From Limnochordia bacterium (GTDB lineage: Bacteria > Bacillota > Limnochordia > DTU080): a stretch of 64,000 bases of DNA. Location of the stretch: the NCBI GenBank assembly GCA_050951545.1, contig JBMNJG010000005.1, positions 160,001 to 224,000 on the forward strand, given 5' to 3'. Made by a program: the position numbers and the translations under genes. Shown here piece after piece: positions 20,549 through 30,315 of the stretch (position 1 is its first letter; every line of letters begins with the position of its first letter). Below the pieces are notes generated by a model. The model was not told where the DNA came from. It saw only the letters and a list, made by a program, of their open reading frames with translations, and ran no database searches.

Positions 20549-22452
20549 TAGACGACCTCCTCAATGGCATCAAATCGGCAAGCCTCTACACAGGCGCCGC
20601 AGCGTATACACTTTTCCGGATCAATGGTGAAGGGCTCCTTGATCTTGCCCGAGATAGCCCCCGCCGGGCACACACGAGCACAGCGACCACAACCCTTGCA
20701 CAACTCTGCCATGATTCTGTAGATCTTGAGCGCCTCGCACACATGCGCGGGACAGCGATGGTTCTCGACGTGTGCCAAATACTCCGAACGAAAGTGCTTC
20801 ATCGTGGTGAGTACCGGATTGGGCGCTGTCTTACCCAGACCGCAGAGAGAGCCCTCTTTTACCGCGCACCCCAGCTCGTCCAGAAGGTTGAGATCACTGG
20901 GCCGGCCCTCTCCGATGACGATCCTCTCAAGAATGTCGAGCATCCGACGAGTGCCCTCACGACACAGAACACACTTGCCACAGGACTCATTCTGTGTGAA
21001 ACCCATGAAGAAACGGGCTACATCCACCATACAGGTGTCGTCGTCCATCACTACCAAACCGCCCGAACCGATCATAGCCCCAGCCTTCTGCAACGAGTCG
21101 TAGTCCAAGGGCAGGTCTAAGTGTTCTTTGGTGAGGCACCCTCCTGAGGGTCCTCCGATCTGGACCGCCTTAAACTCCTTACCCTGACGAACACCGCCTC
21201 CAATGTCGAACACAACCTCGCGCAGGGTCAACCCCATGGGTACCTCAATGAGTCCCGTGTTGGCCACATCGCCAGTGAGAGCAAACGTCTTGGTACCGGG
21301 GCTCTGCTCGGAACCGTACTGCTTGAAGCTCTCCGCTCCATGCAGGACGATATAAGGCACAGCGGCCAGAGTCTCGACGTTGTTGATCACTGTGGGTTTT
21401 CCCCACAATCCCTTCTGAGCCGGGAACGGTGGTTTGGGCCTAGGCATACCCCGCTCGCCTTCGACGGAGGCAATGAGGGCACTCTCTTCTCCACAGACAA
21501 AGGCTCCGGCCCCTTCCTTGATGTGAAGCTCAAAGGAGAAGTCGGTTCCTAGGATGTTCTTGCCCAACAGCCCGTGAGCCCGCGCCTGGTCCAAAGCGCG
21601 GTACAGGCGCTTCACCGCCAGAGGGTACTCTGCTCTGACGTAGATATAACCTTCGGCCGCCCCGACTGCATAGCCAGCGATGAGCAGGCCCTCCACAATG
21701 CGGTGTGGGTCACCCTCCATGACCGAGCGGTCCATAAACGCGCCCGGGTCGCCCTCGTCACCATTGCAGATGACGTACTTCACATCCGCGGGCTCCTGTC
21801 TAGCAGCTGCCCACTTGCGCGCTGTGGGAAAGCCAGCCCCGCCTCGACCACGCAGCTTCGAAGCGGCGATCTCATCGATCACCTGCTGCGGGGTCATCTC
21901 GAGCACAGCCTTGGCCAGGGCCGCGTATCCGTCATAGGCGAAATACTCATTGATATCATCAGGATCCAAGTGACCGCAGTTTGCCAGTGTCAACCGCGTC
22001 TGACGAGCATAGAAAGGTATCTCATCTTGACGGGCAAAGCGCTTTTCCGTTACGGGATGCTTGTAGAGCAAGCGCTCGACTACCTCACCACGCTGGACAG
22101 TGCAGGCAATGATTTCATCGACATCCTCGGGCTTCACCTTGCAGTACAACAGCCCTGACGGTTCAAAACGGACCAACGGCCCCATTTCACAGAAGCCATG
22201 GCAACCGCTGTGCTTCAAAGCAACACCCTGACCGATCCACGCCTCGCCGCCACACAAATCGCCTTCATGTAGCACCACATCGGCCACATCATTGACATCG
22301 CGCAGCTTCTCACTCAAGCGCTCGTATACGTCAAGTGCACCATTGGCCACGCAACCTGTCCCCGCACATACCAGAATCCGCAAGCGACAGTTGTGCACAG
22401 CCGCCTTAGCAGCTGCAGCATGCTCTTTCAAGACAGCCATCGAATCGATCAA
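20548..22452 (-). CDS. hydB: [FeFe]-hydrogenase diaphorase subunit (NuoF-like)
   Basis: LRGRGGAGFP, NGDEGDPGAFMD, GAFVCGEE, GGPSGG and ESCGKCVLCREG motifs; C-terminal 2x4Fe-4S. Confidence 0.95.
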   Translation of the reverse strand: MIDSMAVLKEHAAAAKAAVHNCRLRILVCAGTGCVANGALDVYERLSEKLRDVNDVADVVLHEGDLCGGEAWIGQGVALKHSGCHGFCEMGPLVRFEPSGLLYCKVKPEDVDEIIACTVQRGEVVERLLYKHPVTEKRFARQDEIPFYARQTRLTLANCGHLDPDDINEYFAYDGYAALAKAVLEMTPQQVIDEIAASKLRGRGGAGFPTARKWAAARQEPADVKYVICNGDEGDPGAFMDRSVMEGDPHRIVEGLLIAGYAVGAAEGYIYVRAEYPLAVKRLYRALDQARAHGLLGKNILGTDFSFELHIKEGAGAFVCGEESALIASVEGERGMPRPKPPFPAQKGLWGKPTVINNVETLAAVPYIVLHGAESFKQYGSEQSPGTKTFALTGDVANTGLIEVPMGLTLREVVFDIGGGVRQGKEFKAVQIGGPSGGCLTKEHLDLPLDYDSLQKAGAMIGSGGLVVMDDDTCMVDVARFFMGFTQNESCGKCVLCREGTRRMLDILERIVIGEGRPSDLNLLDELGCAVKEGSLCGLGKTAPNPVLTTMKHFRSEYLAHVENHRCPAHVCEALKIYRIMAELCKGCGRCARVCPAGAISGKIKEPFTIDPEKCIRCGACVEACRFDAIEEVV

Positions 22453-22976
22453 GCCACCTCGCCACCTTCCCGCTTCATGATCTCATCCAGAATAATGTCG
22501 ACCGCCTCTGGCGTCATCTGACCATGGATCTGGTCGTTGATCATCAGCACGGGAGCAAGACCACAAGCCCCCAGGCATGAGACCGTCTCCACAGTGAACA
22601 GACCGTCCCTCGTGGTTTTCATGCCCTCTGCGAGACCGAGTTTTTCACGGATGGCCTTGAGAACAGGCATCGAGCGCCGCACGTGACAGGCCGTACCGTC
22701 ACAGACACGGATCACGTACTTCCCCTTAGGCTCTAGCGCGAACTGAGCGTAGAATGTGGCCACCCCGAAAACTGTCGCCGGAGGAATCTCAAGCACCGTA
22801 CCCACATAGGTCAAGATGTCTTCGGGCAAGTAGTGGTAGATCTCCTGAATTCGTTGCAGTATAGGTATCAGCGAGGCTTTCTTACACCCATACGTCTCAA
22901 TGGCTCTGTTGACTTGCTCCAGTTGGAGCCGATCACCGTTGGCCGTTCCGTTTTGCCTATCGACTGCCAGTGCCAT
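22449..22976 (-). CDS. hydC: [FeFe]-hydrogenase [2Fe-2S] subunit (NuoE-like)
   Basis: GVATFYAQF, VCDGTACH and SCLGACGLAP motifs. Confidence 0.95.
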   Translation of the reverse strand: MALAVDRQNGTANGDRLQLEQVNRAIETYGCKKASLIPILQRIQEIYHYLPEDILTYVGTVLEIPPATVFGVATFYAQFALEPKGKYVIRVCDGTACHVRRSMPVLKAIREKLGLAEGMKTTRDGLFTVETVSCLGACGLAPVLMINDQIHGQMTPEAVDIILDEIMKREGGEVA

Positions 22977-22997
22977 CGCCCTCCGCCCTTTCTTCGA

Positions 22998-24176
22998 TTA
23001 GAAGCAGGTTGTCGTCACATGCTTGCCTTGCGCAACCAACTCTCGCCGTAGCTCTTCGATCACCTGAAACTTCAACGCCAGCCGTCCCCCCAAGCTCGGG
23101 TTCTGATGTGCAGGGTTGATCGCCCGGCCTATGACAAAATGAACATCATCCGCCTTTGCGAGCAGCCGCGCCAAGCGGTAGGGAGCTTCTTTCCGCTCGC
23201 TCAGTGGCTTGCCACTCTTGAGAAGGTCCAAGGCGCGACTTATGGTGATAATGCCTTCAGTTGTGAGGTTGACGCCTGGCATATGGGCCAACGGCGGTTC
23301 CTCAGGCCCTATAGTGTCGAGATCCACACGCAGAGGAACCTGCCATTCCCTGGCGATCAGACTGGCCGTCGTACCCCCGCAGACCACTCTGACTCCCCCG
23401 GCTTCACGCAACAGCTCTGCCACAGTGACATCATCCTTGGGGTTCTCGGGAGGGCCCACGACCATCGTCAACGAACTAGGCCGCCGCGGCCTCATGACGA
23501 GCACAGTCGCGTCATCGCCGGGCTTGTCCTCGTACAAATGCCTGCACGTCTTCTCCACCCGGCGAGCTAGATTCAGCGCCGTCTCTTGATGCACCGAATT
23601 TCGGCGCACGTACTCGGCCACGTTATCCCAGCGCCACCCCAAAGGGATTAGCCCGCCGATGCCGGCATGCACTACACCGTCGCTCACTATCACCAGAAAA
23701 TCATCCTCCTCAAGCTGCACCGATGCTTCGGTTACTGCATGATCCCCGATCCGGCGCGCACACCGCTCCAGTTCCACAAACTCGCCATCACGCACCAGAA
23801 TCGCAGGAGGATTATCAAACTCAGCCAGATACGCAGCCCGTCCCGCCTCGACAACGACTATCGTAAACGTCGAGTAGGCTAGATTGCGCACTTTGCACAC
23901 TGGTAACGTACTGCTGAGCGTATCTACCACCGCATCAAGCGGCAAGCCCTTGTCGAACAGCGTCGCCGCAATACGAGTCGTCATGGTCGACAGGATGCTG
24001 GCTTTCACTCCACTCCCTAAGCCATCAGCGAGCACTGCAATCGTGGCGTCACCCCGAGAGACAATCTGCGTGCTGTCGCCACACAACTCCTCACCAGCCT
24101 TGGGCATGCTCACCACAGCGTGCTCGATCACAGTCTCACGTTGCTGATCTGAGGGAAGCACGGCCATCTGGCTCAT
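22998..24176 (-). CDS. SpoIIE/PP2C-like Ser/Thr phosphatase associated with sensory hydrogenase (HfsC-like)
   Basis: EELCGD, LADGLGSGVKASILS, SDGVVHAG, PGDDATV and GRAINPAHQNP motifs. Confidence 0.9.
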   Translation of the reverse strand: MSQMAVLPSDQQRETVIEHAVVSMPKAGEELCGDSTQIVSRGDATIAVLADGLGSGVKASILSTMTTRIAATLFDKGLPLDAVVDTLSSTLPVCKVRNLAYSTFTIVVVEAGRAAYLAEFDNPPAILVRDGEFVELERCARRIGDHAVTEASVQLEEDDFLVIVSDGVVHAGIGGLIPLGWRWDNVAEYVRRNSVHQETALNLARRVEKTCRHLYEDKPGDDATVLVMRPRRPSSLTMVVGPPENPKDDVTVAELLREAGGVRVVCGGTTASLIAREWQVPLRVDLDTIGPEEPPLAHMPGVNLTTEGIITISRALDLLKSGKPLSERKEAPYRLARLLAKADDVHFVIGRAINPAHQNPSLGGRLALKFQVIEELRRELVAQGKHVTTTCF

Positions 24177-25888
24177 GAGCGACCCCCACTTCCCTGAAAA
24201 AGCTCCATGAGCTGTGTGAGAATTGCCTTTGTCTCGGCTGTCGTCTCTCCAAGCAATCCGGCGATCTCTTGGGCTACTCGCATCTGCTTGTCGATCACTT
24301 CCTGAGCCCGTTCCAGCGAGGCTTCCTTGAGATCGGCGAAATGCTCTTGCCGCTTGGTCTCCTCCGTAATATCCGAGAGCATTATGATCACTAGGTCGTT
24401 CTTGCTGTCGTAAACGAGGTGTTCCCGAATTACCCGGTCCTGCTTCTCAAGGCGTACGACTGCCGAAGCTGATGCTTGGCGAGCAAAGACGCTCTCGACA
24501 CGACTCGGATCGCCAAGCCGCCACAGCGGGCGACCCACATGCTCGGCCGCTTGACATCCCCAAATGCGCTCTGCCGCTGGGTTGAAAGCCAGCACGTGCA
24601 GTTCGCGGTTGACCACCACGATGCCCGTGGGGGTGGCCGCAATGGTTACGTCAGCCATTGACTCCGCCTTGCGACGCATATAGGGAATGCACATCTCGCG
24701 CTCTGCCATACCCTGATACACCGCCACAGCTTTCTCTCGACAGGAGTCGTATCCGCAGGCGCCGCAGTTTAGCTCATCCTCCGGCTCACGCTTCCCGATG
24801 CTCGCCAGAATCGCCCGAACCTCTTCTTCCGATGGCTGAGGCAGATGCAGACGCTGGTCTTCGTAGCCGCGAGTCAGATCCACTTCACCGTACTTCACGG
24901 AACCCATGGGACGCCGTGGAAGCGAATGCCTGGCATAGGCTCGCACTTTGCGGGCGCGACGGTACACGGGTATATCCGACTCTACTCCAGGTCCACCCAC
25001 ACAGCCCTCATCGCAGGCCATCAGCTCCACCATCTTGGCGGGCATCCCATGACAGGGGATGTCTGTCAGAAGCTCCGCACACTGCGTAATCCCTGTGACC
25101 ACAAGGACGTCGTTGTCCTCAGGATCTGCCCCATTCGCCAACAGGGGCACCATCCCGCCGGGCAGCGGGAAACGACGCTGGTCCGCTACCTCGTTGGCGG
25201 AAACTGAGGCGACAAAGGTGTCGAACGGCTCAGGCTCTAGCTCCTCCCACTGTGGTAAGAGACGCGTTAGAAATTCTTTCAGCTCCGCGAAAGTGAGCAC
25301 AGCATCAACGGCCCCGGAAAGACCCCTTTCGCGCATCTCCTTTTTCTTGGCGATACAGGGGCCGACGAATACCACCCTCGTATCGGCGCCTAAGACCCTT
25401 TTTGCGGTCCGACCATGTGCAATCATCGGTGACACCACATCAGCCAGATGTGGTAACACGCCAGGGTAATAGTGGGTGATCAGATTCACGACGGCAGGGC
25501 AACAGCTCGAGATCACACTGCCCAACGCTTCAGCCCGTTCCCAATGGCGCTGACTCACCCAGCGGGTGACCTCGGAGGTCTCCGCCACCGCATGCGCCCC
25601 CAAGCGACGCAACGCTGCAGCTACGACCCCTGGTTCAGAGGTGAAAGCGGCTGCCAGACTAGGAGCCAAGCTAAAGGCCACTCGCCCTTGCGCCAGATAG
25701 GCCTCCACACGTTCGCCATGCTGCTCCACCTGCTTGGCGCCCTGCGGACAAGCTGCTACACAGGCTCCGTCTAGAATGCAGAGCTCCTCCACCACCTCGG
25801 CATGGCCTACGTTGACACGAATCGCCTTGACCGGACAGGCGCGTACGCAAGCGTAACAGTCATGACAGTTGGCCACGTTGGTCCACAA
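24173..25888 (-). CDS. hydS: Group C sensory [FeFe]-hydrogenase with PAS domain (HydS/HfsB-like)
   Basis: SSCCPA, GPCIAKKKE and ELMACDEGCVGGP motifs; FeS motif LNCGACGYDSC; PAS region and C-terminal DKQMRVAQEIAGLLGETTAETK. Confidence 0.9.
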   Translation of the reverse strand: MWTNVANCHDCYACVRACPVKAIRVNVGHAEVVEELCILDGACVAACPQGAKQVEQHGERVEAYLAQGRVAFSLAPSLAAAFTSEPGVVAAALRRLGAHAVAETSEVTRWVSQRHWERAEALGSVISSCCPAVVNLITHYYPGVLPHLADVVSPMIAHGRTAKRVLGADTRVVFVGPCIAKKKEMRERGLSGAVDAVLTFAELKEFLTRLLPQWEELEPEPFDTFVASVSANEVADQRRFPLPGGMVPLLANGADPEDNDVLVVTGITQCAELLTDIPCHGMPAKMVELMACDEGCVGGPGVESDIPVYRRARKVRAYARHSLPRRPMGSVKYGEVDLTRGYEDQRLHLPQPSEEEVRAILASIGKREPEDELNCGACGYDSCREKAVAVYQGMAEREMCIPYMRRKAESMADVTIAATPTGIVVVNRELHVLAFNPAAERIWGCQAAEHVGRPLWRLGDPSRVESVFARQASASAVVRLEKQDRVIREHLVYDSKNDLVIIMLSDITEETKRQEHFADLKEASLERAQEVIDKQMRVAQEIAGLLGETTAETKAILTQLMELFQGSGGRS

Positions 25889-25900
25889 AACTGGCAGCGT

Positions 25901-26152
25901 CTACACCCCCAGATGCGGCTTGATATGCTCGGCGAAAAACTGATCTACATCCTGCGGCAGCACGGCAGGAAACACTGTCTCGCCCACACGTACAGTGACC
26001 CCTTTCCCGCATGCACCGAGGCAGAAACTGCCACTCAGATCGACATGATCCTCGGCTCCATGCGCGGCCACCAGCTCTTGCAGACGCTGAATCACTTCAT
26101 ATGAACCCTTGAGATGGCATGAGCTGCCCACACAGACAATGATCTCGATCAT
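25901..26152 (-). CDS. Small thioredoxin-like [2Fe-2S] ferredoxin (HfsA-like)
   Basis: IIVCVGSSCHLKGS...SFCLGACGKGV. Confidence 0.9.
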   Translation of the reverse strand: MIEIIVCVGSSCHLKGSYEVIQRLQELVAAHGAEDHVDLSGSFCLGACGKGVTVRVGETVFPAVLPQDVDQFFAEHIKPHLGV

Positions 26153-26186
26153 ACTACCTCTCTCACCACACCCTCGAACGCTGTTT

Positions 26187-26204
26187 GAGTTAAGCAAATA
26201 ACGC
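26187..26204. promoter_or_regulatory. Possible second Rex operator
   Basis: GAGTTAAGCAAATAACGC resembles clostridial TTGTTAA-N4-TTAACAA in the core only. Confidence 0.4.
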
Positions 26205-26283
26205 AATCAACAGTGTGCTGATCGATGCACTGGTCACCATTCGTCCTTAGCTGGTGCTTTGGCAGCGACGAACGGGCCGCACT

Positions 26284-26301
26284 TCGTGATATTTTTCACT
26301 A
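26284..26301. promoter_or_regulatory. Rex operator at the hydrogenase operon transcription start
   Basis: TCGTGATATTTTTCACTA against consensus TTGTGAA-N4-TTCACAA, just downstream of the -10; rex lies in the same operon. Confidence 0.75.
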
Positions 26302-26303
26302 TC

Positions 26304-26332
26304 ACTCTACCACAGCATGCCATGCTGGGCAA
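26304..26332 (-). promoter_or_regulatory. Sigma-A promoter of the hydrogenase operon
   Basis: TTGCCC-N17-TAGAGT with extended TG on the minus strand. Confidence 0.6.
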
Positions 26333-26467
26333 TAGAGCGAGAGCCCTTGGATGCAAGGCAAAACATTCTGACTTTTATCGGGCTATGGGTGGGAACTAAG
26401 AGGGATGAAAAAGGCAGCATAGACGGCGGGCAAGCGAGCCCCTATGCTGCCCCGAGGCAGTTATCTG

Positions 26468-27694
26468 TCAGGCCTTGGCGAAGTGGGTCGCTACCTTCGT
26501 GATAGCTTCGATAGTCTCGTCGATATCCTGGTCACTGTGGAACTCGTTAATAGGAAGTCTGCACGAAGTGGCTAGGACTTCTTCCGCCACGGGGCAGGCT
26601 CCCATGGCGTATTCAACGTCGGCGTGTACGCCCACAAATGGCCAGCGTGTGTTCTTTAGCACCTGGTGCTTCGTGAGGATATCGTAGCAGTACACGGGAC
26701 GAGGGATATACCCTGCGCTGCAAGAGACGCCTTCTGCCCGCACCGCTGCGGCGAACTCATCTCTTGAGATGCCCAAGGTTTTCTCATCGACCCGCAACAT
26801 GTAAAACCAGTAGGTGCCCCAACCCCCTGGCGTGATCTGGTGGGGGTAGATACCCCGCAGGCTGGCAATACCTGCAGTAAGCCTGTCACCTAGAGCGTTG
26901 CGGCGCTCACATATCCAACGAAGCTTCTGCAGCTGAGCGAGGCCGACAGCCCCTTGGAGCTCAGTCATGCGGTAGTTGGCGGCCAGCCACTCGGGGTCTC
27001 GGCCAGAACCATCCCGATGATAATGCTTGTCGGCATAGTAGGCAGCATGCCGAGCGAGCTCCGGATCAGCAGTAATGACCAGACCACCATCACCAGCGGA
27101 AATATGCTTGTAGTCGTTCAAGCTGAAACAGCCCATGGCACCCATGGTGCCAACCAAACGTCCCTTGTAGGTAGCCAAGTAACTCTGAGCGCAGTCCTCG
27201 ATCACCGGAATGCCATGGCGCTCGGCCAAAGACATGATAGCGTCCATGTCGCAGGGGTTTCCCGCCAGATGCACAACCAGAATAGCTTTGGTTCGAGAGG
27301 TGATCTTGGCTTCGATAGAAGCCGCATCCATATTGTAGGTATGTGCGTCCACGTCCGCGAAAACTGGGATCGCGCCTTGAAATAGAATACCCACCAGCGT
27401 CCCCATATCCGTGATGGGTGAGGTGATCACCTCATCACCAGCCCCGACACCTATCGTGGCAATCGCCACGTGAATCGACGCCGTACCGGAACTGGTAGCA
27501 ATGCAGTGCTCTACCCCATGCATCTTAGCGAAAGCGCCACATAGCTGTTTGACCTTCTTGCCCGACCAGTAGAAAAGCGTGTTCTGCGCTAGCGCCTCCT
27601 CGAGCTGCGCCAGCTCTTCCTGGCCAAACCTCTTACCTGTGCCATACGGAACAGTTTTGGCCTTCGGGCCGCCGTGAATTGCCAACTTCTGCAT
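26468..27694 (-). CDS. DegT/DnrJ/EryC1/StrS-family PLP aminotransferase
   Basis: SSGTASIH, IEDCAQS, FSLNDYKHISAGDGG and NYRMTELQGAVG motifs. Confidence 0.9.
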   Translation of the reverse strand: MQKLAIHGGPKAKTVPYGTGKRFGQEELAQLEEALAQNTLFYWSGKKVKQLCGAFAKMHGVEHCIATSSGTASIHVAIATIGVGAGDEVITSPITDMGTLVGILFQGAIPVFADVDAHTYNMDAASIEAKITSRTKAILVVHLAGNPCDMDAIMSLAERHGIPVIEDCAQSYLATYKGRLVGTMGAMGCFSLNDYKHISAGDGGLVITADPELARHAAYYADKHYHRDGSGRDPEWLAANYRMTELQGAVGLAQLQKLRWICERRNALGDRLTAGIASLRGIYPHQITPGGWGTYWFYMLRVDEKTLGISRDEFAAAVRAEGVSCSAGYIPRPVYCYDILTKHQVLKNTRWPFVGVHADVEYAMGACPVAEEVLATSCRLPINEFHSDQDIDETIEAITKVATHFAKA

Positions 27695-27721
27695 TGTAGC
27701 CCCCCTTAGCTATTCCATCGC

Positions 27722-28375
27722 TTATCTCATCATCTCCCGGCCCTCTATGACCGTCGCGTACACGGCCTCAGCGATGAGCAAATGCCCAAGCATGTTGGGG
27801 TGTACCGGCTCTGGGCAATAGACGTCGGGATCGTTGAAACGCAGATGGTGCTGGAAGATGTCGTGCATCCGCACCAACATCGTGCCGTACTTCTGACTCA
27901 GCCTGTGAACGGTATCAATATAGTGCGGCAGATGCTCCAGAACCTGGCTGGGGAAGCTGTTGCCTGATCGGTCAGTGCTGTTATAAAAGGGATCGATAAG
28001 CAGAATGGGACATGAGAAAGCTCGCTTTGTGCGTTCCAGTAGGTCGTGGTACACTTCGGCGAAAAGCTGTGGATCCACGGCTCCCGGTGACTTCCGTAGG
28101 TAGCTGTGTACATCGTTGATCCCGATCTTGATCGAAAGGAAATCTGGGTCTTGCTGGAGCACGTCCTCTTGCCAACGCTTCTGCAGGTCTGTGACCCGAT
28201 TGCCCCCGATGCCCTGGTTAAGGTAGTTAAGCTGTAGCTCGGGATGTCGAACTGTCATCAGCATGGAGAAAAGCTTGACGTAACCGTTGCCCAAAGGAGC
28301 CTCGGCACCCCTGCGACCGCAGTCAGTGATGCTGTTGCCTATGAACAGAAGCGTTTGGCCACTCTTCAGCTGCAT
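27722..28375 (-). CDS. SGNH/GDSL hydrolase
   Basis: FIGNSITD, NQGIGGN, IGIND and EPVHPN blocks. Confidence 0.9.
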   Translation of the reverse strand: MQLKSGQTLLFIGNSITDCGRRGAEAPLGNGYVKLFSMLMTVRHPELQLNYLNQGIGGNRVTDLQKRWQEDVLQQDPDFLSIKIGINDVHSYLRKSPGAVDPQLFAEVYHDLLERTKRAFSCPILLIDPFYNSTDRSGNSFPSQVLEHLPHYIDTVHRLSQKYGTMLVRMHDIFQHHLRFNDPDVYCPEPVHPNMLGHLLIAEAVYATVIEGREMMR

Positions 28376-28469
28376 TCTGCCATCCCTCTCGTGCTGTAGT
28401 ATACTCTAGTTCGACCCCGTAACCATACGCGCCTTCCAGCATATCCGCGGAAACCTCTCTACGGTCTTC

Positions 28470-28600
28470 TGCCACTAGCGGAGCCCGATGTGATCTGTTT
28501 CCAGGAGGTACGGCTGCACGCTGCACGCTGATCGCGACTCCAACAACCACGCGGAACAGCTCGCTGCATATGCATACGTAGCAGGGAATAGCTGGCAGCC
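28470..28600 (+). pseudogene. Degraded fragment of an endonuclease/exonuclease/phosphatase-family gene
   Basis: Translates as EPDVICFQEV, then a 7-bp tandem duplication (GCTGCAC x2, 28513-28526) shifts the frame. Removing one copy restores ...RLHADRDSNNHAEQLAA. Confidence 0.5.
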
Positions 28601-28683
28601 CACTGGCATCATAGGTCGCCGAGCGAACTTTCTGCATGTGCTTGAGCGACGGAGGCCTGTGATCCCCGTCGCTCATTTCTACA

Positions 28684-30300
28684 CTACTCGCCTCGGACCT
28701 CGAATCCATAGACCGCCACAGCGGCCCAACGCGCACTGATCCCACCAAGATGGGGCTGGAATTCCCCCACCTGTGCAGGCAGGTCAACTACCGCCTCGAT
28801 GAGACCATCTATCGCCAAAGCCACCCGGCCCGCCTCGTAGACTACGGCAAGCCGATGGTCGTTCCCGTCGTTATACAGATCACCGATGGCGCCTTGGCAC
28901 AACAGCACCTGCTCGTCTTGGCTGTCTGAGAACGAAATCTGCACGTGATTGGTGTCCTTGAGCCCTCCGCCCATCCAGTAACCACAGCGCAGATGCCGTC
29001 CTTGTCTATCTTGCAGGACGAGCTCAAAACCACCGGGCTCTGTACCAAACTCTCCTGTGAAACGGTACTCGGCCGTCAGTGTCGTGACCCCCTGTCCCCC
29101 ATGGGGCAGGTCGAGAAAGGCCGTGGCATTCGTGGGGCTATACTTTGACCTCCAAGCACTGACGGGTGGGCGCTTCAGATCACTAAGCCTGGTCCGGGCA
29201 AACCAGATAATGCCTCCCTGTGGAGCAGGCATTGTCTCATACAGCACCGTGCCCACGGTCTCACTATCGATCTGAGTGGCTGCCGGATAGGAGCGATCTC
29301 CGCTCAAACTGGCATCGAACACATCGATGCTTGATACCACTTGCCAGCTTGCGCCATGATCCTCCGACACTACCTGCCTTTCGTTGCGTCGCTCGCGAAA
29401 CGAGAAGGTCACGAGAAGACGCCCGTCATGCAACCTGATGATGTCAGGCGGGGTAGATTGCGAGGGGATGCTGGAGGGCCGCGGCGGCTGCCAGCTTCGC
29501 CCACCATCATACGATTCAGTTTGCCACAGAAACGGGTCTGTGTTAGAGCGGATGAGGGCCACTAATCGTCCGTCAGCGGCCTGAGTCAAAGCCCATTCGT
29601 CGCTCACGTTTCTTTGACCCACTGGAGTGACTGGCAAGACCTCGCTGGTGCCATCCTCAGGATGGAAGATCCCGAGGTAGGCTGCTTTCGCCGTACTGAT
29701 ACAGTCATACATGGGCACGAGCCACTCCACCCGCCCATCCGATGTATGCGCTTCCAGAGGGCTGCTGCGCGTACGCAAGAGAGCGTTCTCACCGATTCTC
29801 ACAGGTGATGTCCACGCCCGCCCCTCGTCGCTGCTCGTAGCCAGAAAGACACCGAAGTCTTGGGCCTGCCAGTACTTGTTCCAGACGTGCACGATTCGCC
29901 CATCGGCAGCGCACATCAGCGCTGAATTGCGGTCATCAAGACTGGGATCATCATAGATCAGCCACGGCTGTGACCAACTGTGTCCCCCATCGAGGCTCTC
30001 CGCCATCATGACGCGGCCATCCGTTAACTGCTGGCCTCCGGCATGTGTCAGGCCGTCGCGATAGACCACCAGAAGTCGGCCCTGATTTGTCCGACATATT
30101 CCTGGGAAGGCCACGTGCCGAGAACTTACCACCACGGGGGTCTTCTCCCTGTTCTCCTCAGAACAGGGAGTAGGCAGCGACTCCCAACCTGTACTGTGCA
30201 CGAAGCTCACTGGCCAGGGAAGGGCCCTACCTTTGACGGAAGCCGCCTCAGCTAGTTTGATCAGATGGGCTGTAGATAGGGGATTGGCCGACTGGGTCAT
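28684..30300 (-). CDS. BNR/Asp-box beta-propeller glycoside hydrolase (sialidase-like) with C-terminal beta-sandwich
   Basis: Asp-boxes SLDGGHSW, SSDEGRAW, SYDGGRSW and SEDHGASW; AFPGI motif. Confidence 0.8.
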   Translation of the reverse strand: MTQSANPLSTAHLIKLAEAASVKGRALPWPVSFVHSTGWESLPTPCSEENREKTPVVVSSRHVAFPGICRTNQGRLLVVYRDGLTHAGGQQLTDGRVMMAESLDGGHSWSQPWLIYDDPSLDDRNSALMCAADGRIVHVWNKYWQAQDFGVFLATSSDEGRAWTSPVRIGENALLRTRSSPLEAHTSDGRVEWLVPMYDCISTAKAAYLGIFHPEDGTSEVLPVTPVGQRNVSDEWALTQAADGRLVALIRSNTDPFLWQTESYDGGRSWQPPRPSSIPSQSTPPDIIRLHDGRLLVTFSFRERRNERQVVSEDHGASWQVVSSIDVFDASLSGDRSYPAATQIDSETVGTVLYETMPAPQGGIIWFARTRLSDLKRPPVSAWRSKYSPTNATAFLDLPHGGQGVTTLTAEYRFTGEFGTEPGGFELVLQDRQGRHLRCGYWMGGGLKDTNHVQISFSDSQDEQVLLCQGAIGDLYNDGNDHRLAVVYEAGRVALAIDGLIEAVVDLPAQVGEFQPHLGGISARWAAVAVYGFEVRGE

Positions 30301-30315
30301 CTTCGGATCTTCCTT

